64,000 nt of DNA from an uncultured Nitrososphaeraceae archaeon. GTDB taxonomy: Archaea > Thermoproteota > Nitrososphaeria > Nitrososphaerales > Nitrososphaeraceae. Location of the stretch: the NCBI GenBank assembly GCA_963825865.1, contig CAWGVG010000029.1, positions 96,001-160,000 of the forward strand, given 5' to 3'. Position 1 is the stretch's first letter. Each line of letters begins with the position of its first letter. The notes beneath the pieces are model-generated. The model searched no databases. It was not told where the DNA came from and saw only the letters and a list, made by a program, of their open reading frames with translations. Position numbers and translations under genes: made by a program. Below, one piece after another: positions 54,949-64,000 of this stretch.

Positions 54949-55377
54949 ATCCACGTTATTGAAAAGCCCTCACTAAAAGGTTTCTGATTGTTATGGAAGG
55001 AAGAGAATTTGCTTAGCACTAATAATTAGCATTCTATAATGATCTGAAAGATTAACTCCTGACTTCATAGCAAGGACAAAATGAAAGCAAGAGTATTTTC
55101 CTTTGACACGTTGTTTTTTAGGCTCTGATAGTGTGAACCTAAGCCTGCTGTGGTTTGATCAACCTTTCGATCAAATAACAGTTGTGAATCACTTTCAATC
55201 CAGTCCAAAGTTATATTCTGTAGTAATGGCATAAGAAGAGGTATTTGGTATTTGTTGTTTGTTGATGATAGAAAGAAGATGCTTCTCATCATCCATCTAA
55301 TAAACCAGTATTATATACCGATTTGTGTGTATACAAATAAACATTTCCTGTAGCCAAGGGTATACCAGATATATACA

Positions 55378-56042
55378 ATGATTTTTGAAATTTTTGCAGT
55401 TCTAGGGAGAGAGTTATTATCCTCGTTTAGTGCAATTTCAAATACATCCTTCGTAAGTGAACTCATCAAATCCACAATTGCTCTTTTTGTTGTGATTGAT
55501 CCTATTGGTAGCGTCCCTCTTTTTATTGCACTTACTGAAAAAATGGGAAAGGAGGAACGAAAGACAGTTTCAAAGGTTGCCATTATTACTGGCAGCAGCA
55601 TTGCTTGTTGTTTTTGCAGTCGCTGGTACACAGATACTTGCTATTTTCGGAATTACTGTTTTCAGCTTTATGGTTGCAGGTGGGGTGTTATTATTTATCG
55701 TATCAATTGAATTAATGTTACACGGCGCATGGAGGTTTGGCGTAGGAGGTGGCTCTGTTCCCGGTGAGTCAGGAGTGGTTCCATTAGCATTTCCTTTACT
55801 TGCTGGCCCTGGAGCAATCACATCTGTAATAATTTCATTTCAAACTGCTGGATTAATAGTAACAATACTATCTATTGCAATTGTAATCGGTATTACGTAT
55901 TTAGTCTTGCGATTAATAAATCCTATTTACAACGTACTTGGAAGGCGCGGTTCTATGATAATTACAAGAGTATTTGCAGTTTTCATTGGCAGCAATTGCT
56001 GTCCAGTATATAGTGCAGGCTGTTAAACATCTCTTTATCTAA
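55378..56042 (+). CDS. MarC family membrane protein (two frameshifts)
   Basis: LFVVIDPIG, AGGVLLF, VPLAFPLLAGPGAI and LGRRG motifs. Confidence 0.9.
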
Positions 56043-56235
56043 ACTAATAAAAAACAAATTAGCAATAATACTCATGTGTAGTATGTCATACAGGTTATTT
56101 ATTAGCTGACTGCGACGTCTTGAAGAATTAGAAGGAACGAGGAAGTAAGTAAGTTACAGAGGACAAAATCCTTTCCAATATAACGAAAGGTAGAATTAAT
56201 CTCTATGTTAATTGTATTATTGAATTATAAAGAAA

Positions 56236-57075
56236 ATGAAGTTTAAGACAGAAGATGTCTTAAAGGCGATGATATCATTACAGCAATTCAGAGCATATTC
56301 AGCTTCACCCCATCACGAGCGTTATAGCTTCCCATTTTTACAGGGTACATATTTTGCATATAGAAAAATTGACGTAATGCGCGTAATTTCGATTGCAAAA
56401 ACTGCTTCAAATAATCCTAGATACTTAGAAGTCGGATGCGGTTATGGAGACTTTTTAAAAAAGATAAGAGAATTTCTTCCAAATGCACTAGGTATTGAAA
56501 AGGATGCTGGAATTTTTTATAATTGTAATATATCCAAACCAGATTATATCAAAATTGCAGATGCGCGATGGGGAATCGACCAAAAATATGATATCATTTT
56601 TGTCGGCTGGATGGAACCTGGAGTAGATTTTCGAGATATAGTTGCTGCCAAAACCGACGTGATTGTAACAACTTTAGATCAAGGCATTAGCTTAGCGGCA
56701 GAATTTGATGGACATGGTTTTGAAAGGATTGCCTCATGGAGAACACCATCGTGGGAAGACGTCAATACAGAAATTATGAATCGCTACTATACCAAAATGT
56801 CAAATGAGACTCTACAATCTCTGTCCAATCTAAGAGGTGCACACAATTTATGGTATGTTTATAGTAGCAAACCGAGCAGATCTGAAGCCATAAAATCAGC
56901 ACTTATCCAGTCGCTTGAACAAGAAAAAAAGTCGTCCTTCGACAAACGCTATGATTTTGAAGGTGTATTAGATGAATGTGGATTTAGATATCTAGAACAA
57001 TTACAAGATCTTACTTCTAAAAAAGAAGAAAAAGAACGTCTGTGGGACATACAATTTATTAATAGTGATGGTTAG
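56236..57075 (+). CDS. Class I SAM-dependent methyltransferase
   Basis: YLEVGCGYG, GIEKD and YDIIF motifs. Confidence 0.82.
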   Translation: MKFKTEDVLKAMISLQQFRAYSASPHHERYSFPFLQGTYFAYRKIDVMRVISIAKTASNNPRYLEVGCGYGDFLKKIREFLPNALGIEKDAGIFYNCNISKPDYIKIADARWGIDQKYDIIFVGWMEPGVDFRDIVAAKTDVIVTTLDQGISLAAEFDGHGFERIASWRTPSWEDVNTEIMNRYYTKMSNETLQSLSNLRGAHNLWYVYSSKPSRSEAIKSALIQSLEQEKKSSFDKRYDFEGVLDECGFRYLEQLQDLTSKKEEKERLWDIQFINSDG

Positions 57076-57157
57076 TCGGTGATGGCTACTACAACATTAT
57101 TAAAGCCAATATGAAACCCTTATAGCATTAACTAATAAAATAATTTTAGAATAAACA

Positions 57158-58419
57158 TTGAAAGTATCAATTTTAGGTGCAGCAAAAGAAGTCGGACGTT
57201 CCGCATTCCTGGTAAATAGTAATCATACTAGCATTTTGATGGATTATGGTGTTCTTCTGAAAAGAGAGCCGATCTTTCCAATGCATGTCAAGCCAAAAGA
57301 TATTGATGCAGCGGTAATTACCCATGCTCACTTGGATCATTCAGGATTTGTACCATCCCTGTTTTTGTCAGAATCAGCAGGGATACAGGTCTGTGGCACG
57401 CTGCCAACATTTGAGCTGTCGCAACTGCTTATTGAAGATATGATCAAAATATCAGGATTTTATCTGCCATTTGAATACATTGACCTTGTGACAATGATGA
57501 AACATTCAAAAAACTTGCAATACAGGGAACCATACATGATAAATGATGTCAAGCTGACACTGCACGAATCTGGACACCTTATAGGTGGTGCTACCGTTAT
57601 CGCTGAACATGATGGAAAACGCATATTTTATACTGGAGATATAAATACAAGAGGTTCAAAACTGCTCCGACCAGCAGACTTGGATTTTGGCAAAATTGAT
57701 CTAATGATTATAGAAAGCACTTATTCTCAAAGTGAACAAGTTCCACGAGAACAGTCTGAAAGGGAGCTCATTGAATATGCTTATGAAGTAATTGAAAGAG
57801 GAGGTACATTGTTTATTCCAGCATTTTCTGTTGAAAGGGCCCAGGAAATTGCTTGTGTTTTAAAAACATACAATTTTCGGCACAAGGTGGTAATGGACGG
57901 AATGGCTCTTAAAGCAAATGAAATCATGTTGAGGCACCCTACTTTCCTCAAAAATGCCGAAATATTCAAACAATCAGTAGGCGAAGCCGAATGGATTAGC
58001 GGATGGAGTAGAAGAAAGAGAGTAGTAAACGAACCATGTGCAATAATCTCTCCTGCAGGAATGTTGGTTGGGGGCTCTGCAGTATTCTATATGCAAGAAA
58101 TTGCAAAAAGTGACAAAAACGGTATTGCACTAGTATCATTTCAGGGCGAAGGCACACCTGGTCGGGCATGCTTGAGAGGAAAGTTACGACATTTGATGGA
58201 AAAATAAAAAAGTGCCTAGCAGATGTTAAACGTTTCGAATTTTCAGGGCATAATAGTAGAAGTGAGTTATTTGAAATACTCGATCGTTTAAAGGGTAATC
58301 CAAAAATACTTACAGTTCATGGTGACGGATATTCATGCATAAAGTTTGCAGAAGAGATCAGGGAAAAATATGGATATGATGCAAAGGCTCCAGATGCAGG
58401 AGAAGTTATCGAAATTTGA
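57158..58419 (+). CDS. MBL-fold beta-CASP ribonuclease (aCPSF2-like), frameshift near 58168
   Basis: GAAKEVGRS, THAHLDHSG, SGHLIG, YTGD, IESTY, FSGH and VHGD motifs. Confidence 0.92.
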
Positions 58420-58627
58420 TGATAATTAAAAAAGAGAGTTTATTTAATGTATAAATGCCTGTGTGTTTGTTGATTGCCCAATTTCGGGATATTGCGAAGA
58501 GTACATGCTAGTTAATATTAATTCTTTATAGAAAACTATGTCAACTATAAGAAGAATCTCCCAATCTGTCAGCATAATATCATACGTATAAATTGCGTTA
58601 GTCCTTTGTTTTCCTAACAACAACACT

Positions 58628-58847
58628 TTGATCATCAAAAATACCGATCCATATAAGTTGAAAAAATGTGTAACCTGCAAGAAGAATATTGCGCTTAACG
58701 AAAAAGTACTTTACTTATCCCCTGTCTTTACAGCAGATCTGTCTTTCTTGTGCTGAAAAGGAAATCCCTAAAACAATTGAAATTTTACAGAATGATTTAG
58801 CAAAGATAAAAGGACAAGAAGAAGAAGAACGCAAAAAAGTTCAATAA
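58628..58847 (+). CDS. Small Zn-finger protein missed by the ORF track (extra A in a homopolymer near 58703)
   Basis: MIIKNTDPYKLKKCVTCKKNIALNE/KYFTYPLSLQQICLSCAEKEIPKTIEILQNDLAKIK...*. Confidence 0.7.
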
Positions 58848-58881
58848 GGATTATGGGGGAGATATTACAAGGATTGTTGTT

Positions 58882-59832
58882 GTGTTGCAGCCTTTCTCTA
58901 CTATTCCATTCTCCAACCAATTTCTCTTTGATCCACAAATCAGTATAAATAGCGGTCAAATGTTTCTATGGGAAAAATTCGATAATTCCTGGTATGGTAT
59001 ATATGGAAATAATATCCTTAAATTTTCCACTCCAACAGTAAATAATGATGATAGCAGCAATAATAATAATAATAACAACGTTGAATTCTTTTCCTTTCCT
59101 GAAATCAAAGAATGGGAGAAACAAGTTTTTAGGCTTGATGACGATATTGAAAAAATTATAGCAGGTTTTTCGAATGATATTGTAGTATCAGAAGCAATAA
59201 GAAAATATCCAGGGTTACGTCTAATGCGGCAACAGCCTCATCAATGTATGTTTTCCTTTGTATGTGCTAGCAATACTAACATAGTTATGATTCGAAGAAT
59301 GCTCAAGAACCTATCTAGAAAATTTGGTGTCAAAGTAATAATCGATGGAAAAGAATTTTTCACATTTCCTACGGTAGATAGCCTAAATAAAGCAAACATC
59401 AATGAGTTGCTTTCGTGCGGTATTGGGTACAGAGCAAAAGCAATTAAAGCAGTTGCCGAAAGTATTGCCTCAGGGAAACTTGACATCAAGGAGCTAACAC
59501 ACGCCAGTTATAACGATGCAAAAGAACAACTATTGAAGGTATATGGTATAGGAAACAAAATTGCTGATTGCATACTACTATTCTCTTTAGAGAAACTTGA
59601 ATCTTTTCCTATAGATGTATGGATCGCAAGAGCACTTTCTTCCTATTACGGTTGGCTTTTCAGTGAAAATAAAAACAAAGAGAAAAAGGAGAAGAAAATG
59701 GATGATAAAATAACGTTCAAGCAATACAATATTCTTTCAGAAGCCATTAGAAATTACTTTGGAAAATATTCTGGCTACGCCCAGCAGTTCCTCTACTATT
59801 ATATGCGTCAGAATGCATCTAAAAAATGGTAA
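58882..59832 (+). CDS. 8-oxoguanine DNA glycosylase (OGG1-type HhH-GPD)
   Basis: SINSGQ.F.W, GLRLMRQ, GIGYRAK, GIGNKIADC, FPIDVW and GYAQQFL motifs. Confidence 0.92.
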   Translation: MLQPFSTIPFSNQFLFDPQISINSGQMFLWEKFDNSWYGIYGNNILKFSTPTVNNDDSSNNNNNNNVEFFSFPEIKEWEKQVFRLDDDIEKIIAGFSNDIVVSEAIRKYPGLRLMRQQPHQCMFSFVCASNTNIVMIRRMLKNLSRKFGVKVIIDGKEFFTFPTVDSLNKANINELLSCGIGYRAKAIKAVAESIASGKLDIKELTHASYNDAKEQLLKVYGIGNKIADCILLFSLEKLESFPIDVWIARALSSYYGWLFSENKNKEKKEKKMDDKITFKQYNILSEAIRNYFGKYSGYAQQFLYYYMRQNASKKW

Positions 59833-60120
59833 TATGGATATGCTATATATACATACTACAATTAATTAATATACAACGAAATAATAAATTCGATTATTTT
59901 TTGACATTACTTTTCTATATCAGTAAATTACACACAGATACGATATAAGATGAGAAAACATGATCAGAACCGGATTATTATAATTATTGAAAAAACAGTG
60001 GTATTTGGAAGGAGAATTATATGACCACCCAAATATTGAAACATATTTTCTGACATAAAGAGAATTAGGCTCTGTTGAATTATGTTGAATTATTATAAGA
60101 GTTCAAATTAACCTTTTCCA

Positions 60121-60463
60121 ATGGCAGTAAAGCAAAAGAGACAAGCGGGAATTATAGTTATATCTACTTACCCTGATCAAGAATCAATCTTAAAAGTAGC
60201 TAACGACTTGATTGTTAACAAAAAATTATGCGCCTGTATAAATTTGACAAAGATTAGATCTCTGTATTCTTGGAAGAATACACTTGAAGATCAGGAAGAA
60301 TTCATCGCATTCTTCAAAACAACAAAATTATCTGCAAATAAACTAAAGTCAGAAATAAAAAAAATGCATCCTTATGAAGTGCCAGAAATAGTAGAGTTAA
60401 AAATGAATGATGTTTCCAAAAGCTGATATGTCGTGGATGATGGAAGTAACAACAAAAACATAA
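60121..60463 (+). CDS. cutA: Divalent-cation tolerance protein CutA (frameshift near the 3' end)
   Basis: KKLCACIN, SLYSWK, KTT, HPYEVPEI; a shifted frame gives YMSWM. Confidence 0.92.
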
Positions 60464-60519
60464 AAGCAAAAAAAAAACAAAAAAACACCATATTGTTATA
60501 ATCTTTCATCATAGGTAAT

Positions 60520-61614
60520 TCATAAACGAATTGCATAGCGAAGTAAGGCTACTATGCCACCTAGAGAAGAAATTCGTAAACCGATATCTGTAGATGAATC
60601 TACTGCAAAAGTTTTTGCTCCGTGACTTTCAACTGAGTTTAATAGCTTTACAATACTATTTTCATCGATGGTTTTGAAGATAGAGTCTGAGAACACTAGG
60701 CATTCTATGGCCTTCATTGATGGAGCATTCGATACTTCCTGCATTCCCATTGAATACTTTGCTTCGCCTTTATGGACTAGATACATTACCTCATCTAGAA
60801 TAGAGGTGACAGCAGCGAGTTTGCTCGAACCCATTGACTCTTTAATAGCAGAGGAACGAAGAGACACAAAAATTCCATCTTCACCAGCAACGTCCACTCC
60901 ATCGATTACTGACACTTTGTCTTTTTCAAATTGGTTTTTTTTGACAAGTAAATTGTAAAACCTGCGTTTAGTTTCACCAGGACCGAATATTATTATTCTA
61001 TTGCTATCATTTTCTCCAGTAAACGTGTTTCGCATGCTTTGGATGGTCTTTGCGATGTCTTCAAAAAATGTCGCTATATTTGGATTGTTTTTTGCTGCTT
61101 GCTGGTAGCGTTTGCCGCTTTGTCCTGAATAGATGTTTGGAATTATCTTTAAATGTGTACCAGAAACCTTTGCTACTGCTCGCTTCTTGTGCATCGATTG
61201 CAACTAAAATAAAAGTTTCATTGTTGCCTGATTTCCTTAAAATGTTTATCTCGAAATCCTTCCATTTTCTATCCTTGTCAATTGTTATTGTATCACCTAC
61301 CTGTACAGTAAGAGAATGGTACGTTCCTCTGGTACGAGCTCATTATCGGTGTTTGTTATAAGGCCTGCTATCCTTAGCCTATCGACTACATTATCAAGGC
61401 TTATGTTTTCAACCTTAAGTGAAACCCGAACTTTAATGCGTTCTCCTTTGTCCGGTCTAGCGTATTCTTTTACCTGTTTAATGACTCTGGTGGTATCAGC
61501 GATTACATAATCTTCATTTTCTATTAATCTCCTTAATGTAAGAAGATCATCTGCGTCTTCAGGAATGACAAAATAAGCTTTGCCGGCAGTTCCTTTCGCT
61601 TCTTTAATAATCAT
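60520..61614 (-). CDS. pelA: mRNA surveillance protein Pelota (frameshifted)
   Basis: PEDADDLLTL, RPDKGER, RLRIAG, YSGQSGKRY, FGPGETK and LGGIVALLRY motifs. Confidence 0.9.
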
Positions 61615-61651
61615 GAGATCGTAAATTTTGTATTGTTGTTCTGATATTATG

Positions 61652-62088
61652 TTATGCCATTTTTTCGCTAGCCAAAGAGGAAGAAGAATCGTGCTCTTCT
61701 TTAGCCTGTGCTGATTTTATATAATTGTCAACCCATTCCTGTGTTATACTCCTGATTCTACCAAATTTACTAATGCATTGGGTGAAGCATTGCCATGCAC
61801 CTTACCTGACTTTTTTCTAGTTTGTCTCCATCTCAGTTGTGTATTACCACTCTTTGAAGAATAAATTATTCCAAGAATCTCTTTGGCATTTACAAATGTC
61901 ATTTCCCGTATTTTTTTTAACGTTACTTTATCAGCTGCTTCAATATAGATTGCACCTGGCCCTTCTTCTCGCTCTGGAAACACCTCATAGTCACGAAGAT
62001 AACTTTCAGGAATAAAGGATCTGCAGGTACTAATAATGATAAACTTTCTAAAATTTTCAAGTGAAGCGGTAGTCTCTATGTGAACCAA
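61652..62088 (-). CDS. Conserved thaumarchaeal hypothetical protein (frameshift near 61745)
   Basis: FPER...IYIEAADKVTLKKIR...SKSGNT; continues ITQEWVDNY in a shifted frame. Confidence 0.75.
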
Positions 62089-62275
62089 TATGTTATAAAA
62101 ACTATTTAGCCACTTATCAAGTTTATGACATTATAGAAGAACTGTTAACCACTGTATTGGCCGTTTAGCGTACTTGATATAGGGAAAGTCTATGAATCAA
62201 AACAAGAAAACTCGCTGGAATAATTTAAAGTAAAGTAATGGTAGTATATACATATGAATATGTATATAGATACGC

Positions 62276-62944
62276 TCACTCTTTGAATGCTCTGCTAAGC
62301 ATAATCAATTCAGGACCACTGGTCAAACCTCCAACAATTACGGATTTTGAATTTGCAATAATGCCAGAAGATAAAAATGGAATTCCTCCATTAACTGTTA
62401 GAGGTTCAACCTCTACTTGCAATGTTTCAGAAATAACTTTAATCTCTTCCTCTGTAGCCTTTGGATGTACTGCAGCTCCTGTATTGGTTGCTACTACCAT
62501 TGATCCTACTTGAATAAATCCACCAACCGTCATGGAGGCAACTGGTACTCCCAATACGTCTTGAATTTGTTGGTCTACTTCGCCTTTGAATAGTGGAGAT
62601 ACTACTGCTCCATTATCATTAGTGGAAATTAGATTTCCGATTGCAGTAAATTTGCTATTCAAACGATCAACGTTCAGACCACTTGCTTGTTTGAGAATCT
62701 GTATTTCTTCATCTGATGCGGTAGAAGGGACTAGAATTCCATTGTTATTCATTACTGTCATTGGACCGATAAGCCTTGTACCTGCTATAGATGCATAGGC
62801 TTTCTCTTCGACTTGGAGGTGTTGCATCAGTTTAGTAGTCTTTGTTTCTGCAAAACCAAATGGTATTATTATTATTTTGTCATTAGTCCTTACGAATAAT
62901 CCAATATTAGGGGTTTTATATACATCGTATCTGTGAATTCCCAA
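62276..62944 (-). CDS. eif6: Translation initiation factor aIF6
   Basis: PNIGLF, SIAGTRLIG, TAIGNLI..ND, VGS...ATN.G..VHP and TVNGG motifs. Confidence 0.95.
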   Translation of the reverse strand: MGIHRYDVYKTPNIGLFVRTNDKIIIIPFGFAETKTTKLMQHLQVEEKAYASIAGTRLIGPMTVMNNNGILVPSTASDEEIQILKQASGLNVDRLNSKFTAIGNLISTNDNGAVVSPLFKGEVDQQIQDVLGVPVASMTVGGFIQVGSMVVATNTGAAVHPKATEEEIKVISETLQVEVEPLTVNGGIPFLSSGIIANSKSVIVGGLTSGPELIMLSRAFKE

Positions 62945-63295
62945 GTATCATATTTTTGTGAAATTGTGCATATGAACTATTGTATTTTAGATAGTATGTT
63001 ATTAAAGACGCAATTTCGATTTGTGTAAGAAATATTTTCCTTTGACAGTCTCGTATTCACAAGCTCGTGTAATTATATAAATATCAACTGCATGGAATAT
63101 ACATCCACCATGAAAAGGAGAAGAGCGTAATGGATTTGACACTAAAGTTAGTTGATATAGGATATTGAGTAAGTTAACATGGCCACGATCCAACTCAATA
63201 AATAAATACAGCAGATTATTATCTATATATATATTAATCAATAAAGGAAAATACTGAGAAGCAACTCGTATAAGATTTATGTTATTATTAAAACA

Positions 63296-64000
63296 ATGGG
63301 AAGATCAAACATATTTAGAATACAGACATTAGTCATTTTTGTAATAGTAATAGTAAGTGTATTAACAGTTCAACACTCAGTTATTGCACAACTAACTTCT
63401 AAAGCGTTAGCCTCTCCCACTCCCAATACTATATTCAAACAAGTCGAGAACTCTGTTGTTCAGATAACAAGTAAGAGTCCAACACCATCTAACCCACAGA
63501 ATCCACAAGCACCAAATGCTACTACTGCATTAGGTTCTGGTTTTGTCTACGATAAGCTAGGACGGATAATCACTAATAATCATGTCGTAGGTAATGCCAA
63601 AATAGTAGATGTAACATTTGTAGATGGAAATAGATATACTGCAAAAGTGATAGGTAATGACATCTATAGCGATATAGCAGTATTGCAGATTATTGAGAAT
63701 AGTACTCAGCCTTTCAACCCGCTTGTAATTGGAAACTCTTCTGATCTTGAAGTAGGAGACCCCGTAATTGCTATTGGTCATCCATTTGGACTTGACAATA
63801 CCATGACAGCTGGCATAATAGGCCAGACCAGGTATCTATTGTCAATTCCAGAGCTTGGAGTTTTTACGCCAGATGTAATTCAAACTGATGCTGCAATTAA
63901 CCCTGGCAATTCCGGTGGTCCTTTGCTAAATATGCAGGGACAAGTTATTGGAATAAATATTGGTAGAATAGGCCCAGTCGGATCTCCTGGACCATATCCC
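63296..64000 (+). CDS. HtrA/DegP-like trypsin serine protease (runs off the window)
   Basis: Manual translation: N-terminal TM, LGSGF, TNNHV, SDIAVL, IQTDAAINPGNSGGPL. Confidence 0.93.
   Translation, partial: MGRSNIFRIQTLVIFVIVIVSVLTVQHSVIAQLTSKALASPTPNTIFKQVENSVVQITSKSPTPSNPQNPQAPNATTALGSGFVYDKLGRIITNNHVVGNAKIVDVTFVDGNRYTAKVIGNDIYSDIAVLQIIENSTQPFNPLVIGNSSDLEVGDPVIAIGHPFGLDNTMTAGIIGQTRYLLSIPELGVFTPDVIQTDAAINPGNSGGPLLNMQGQVIGINIGRIGPVGSPGPYP

Noticed and set aside
1-64000. CRISPR array, rRNA, intein in NrdJ, amo genes
   Set aside because: No repeat-spacer periodicity, rRNA-like tract, intein motifs or AMO subunits were seen.

Overview
AT-rich archaeal chromosome segment. Gene content and protein sequences point to an ammonia-oxidising archaeon of the soil Nitrososphaeraceae (Nitrososphaerota/Thaumarchaeota); this placement is recognised from protein families, not searched. 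Core genes are pfdA, ftsY, argF, DUF1512, map, tRNA-Pro(UGG), pyrB, class II nrdJ, a GT28-like glycosyltransferase, a THUMP protein, priS/priL, glyS, a beta-CASP nuclease, OGG1, cutA, pelota, aIF6 and an HtrA-like protease. They alternate with accessory tracts (about 5.8-11.3, 12.4-15.6, 19.6-24.3, 28.7-30.4, 32.9-45.0 and 46.6-55.3 kb) full of IS elements, gene fragments, small Zn-finger ORFs and secreted proteins. Many essential genes carry single-base frameshifts, most likely uncorrected long-read errors, so calls resting on a single indel are unreliable. The best candidate for an undescribed system is a ~5.5 kb tyrosine-integrase element inserted between two core genes rather than into a tRNA. 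It is bounded by a 22-bp (20/22) direct repeat with loxP/dif-like architecture (8-bp inverted arms, 6-bp spacer), and its integrase was later split by an IS5-like element whose removal restores the frame. A second, collapsed integrase+MCM element is bounded by a 16-bp direct repeat. Other notable signals are operator-like repeat arrays, a collapsed type III R-M locus, a type C two-domain multicopper oxidase, a DsbA plus CxxC membrane protein pair and GC-rich bacterial-like enzyme genes.
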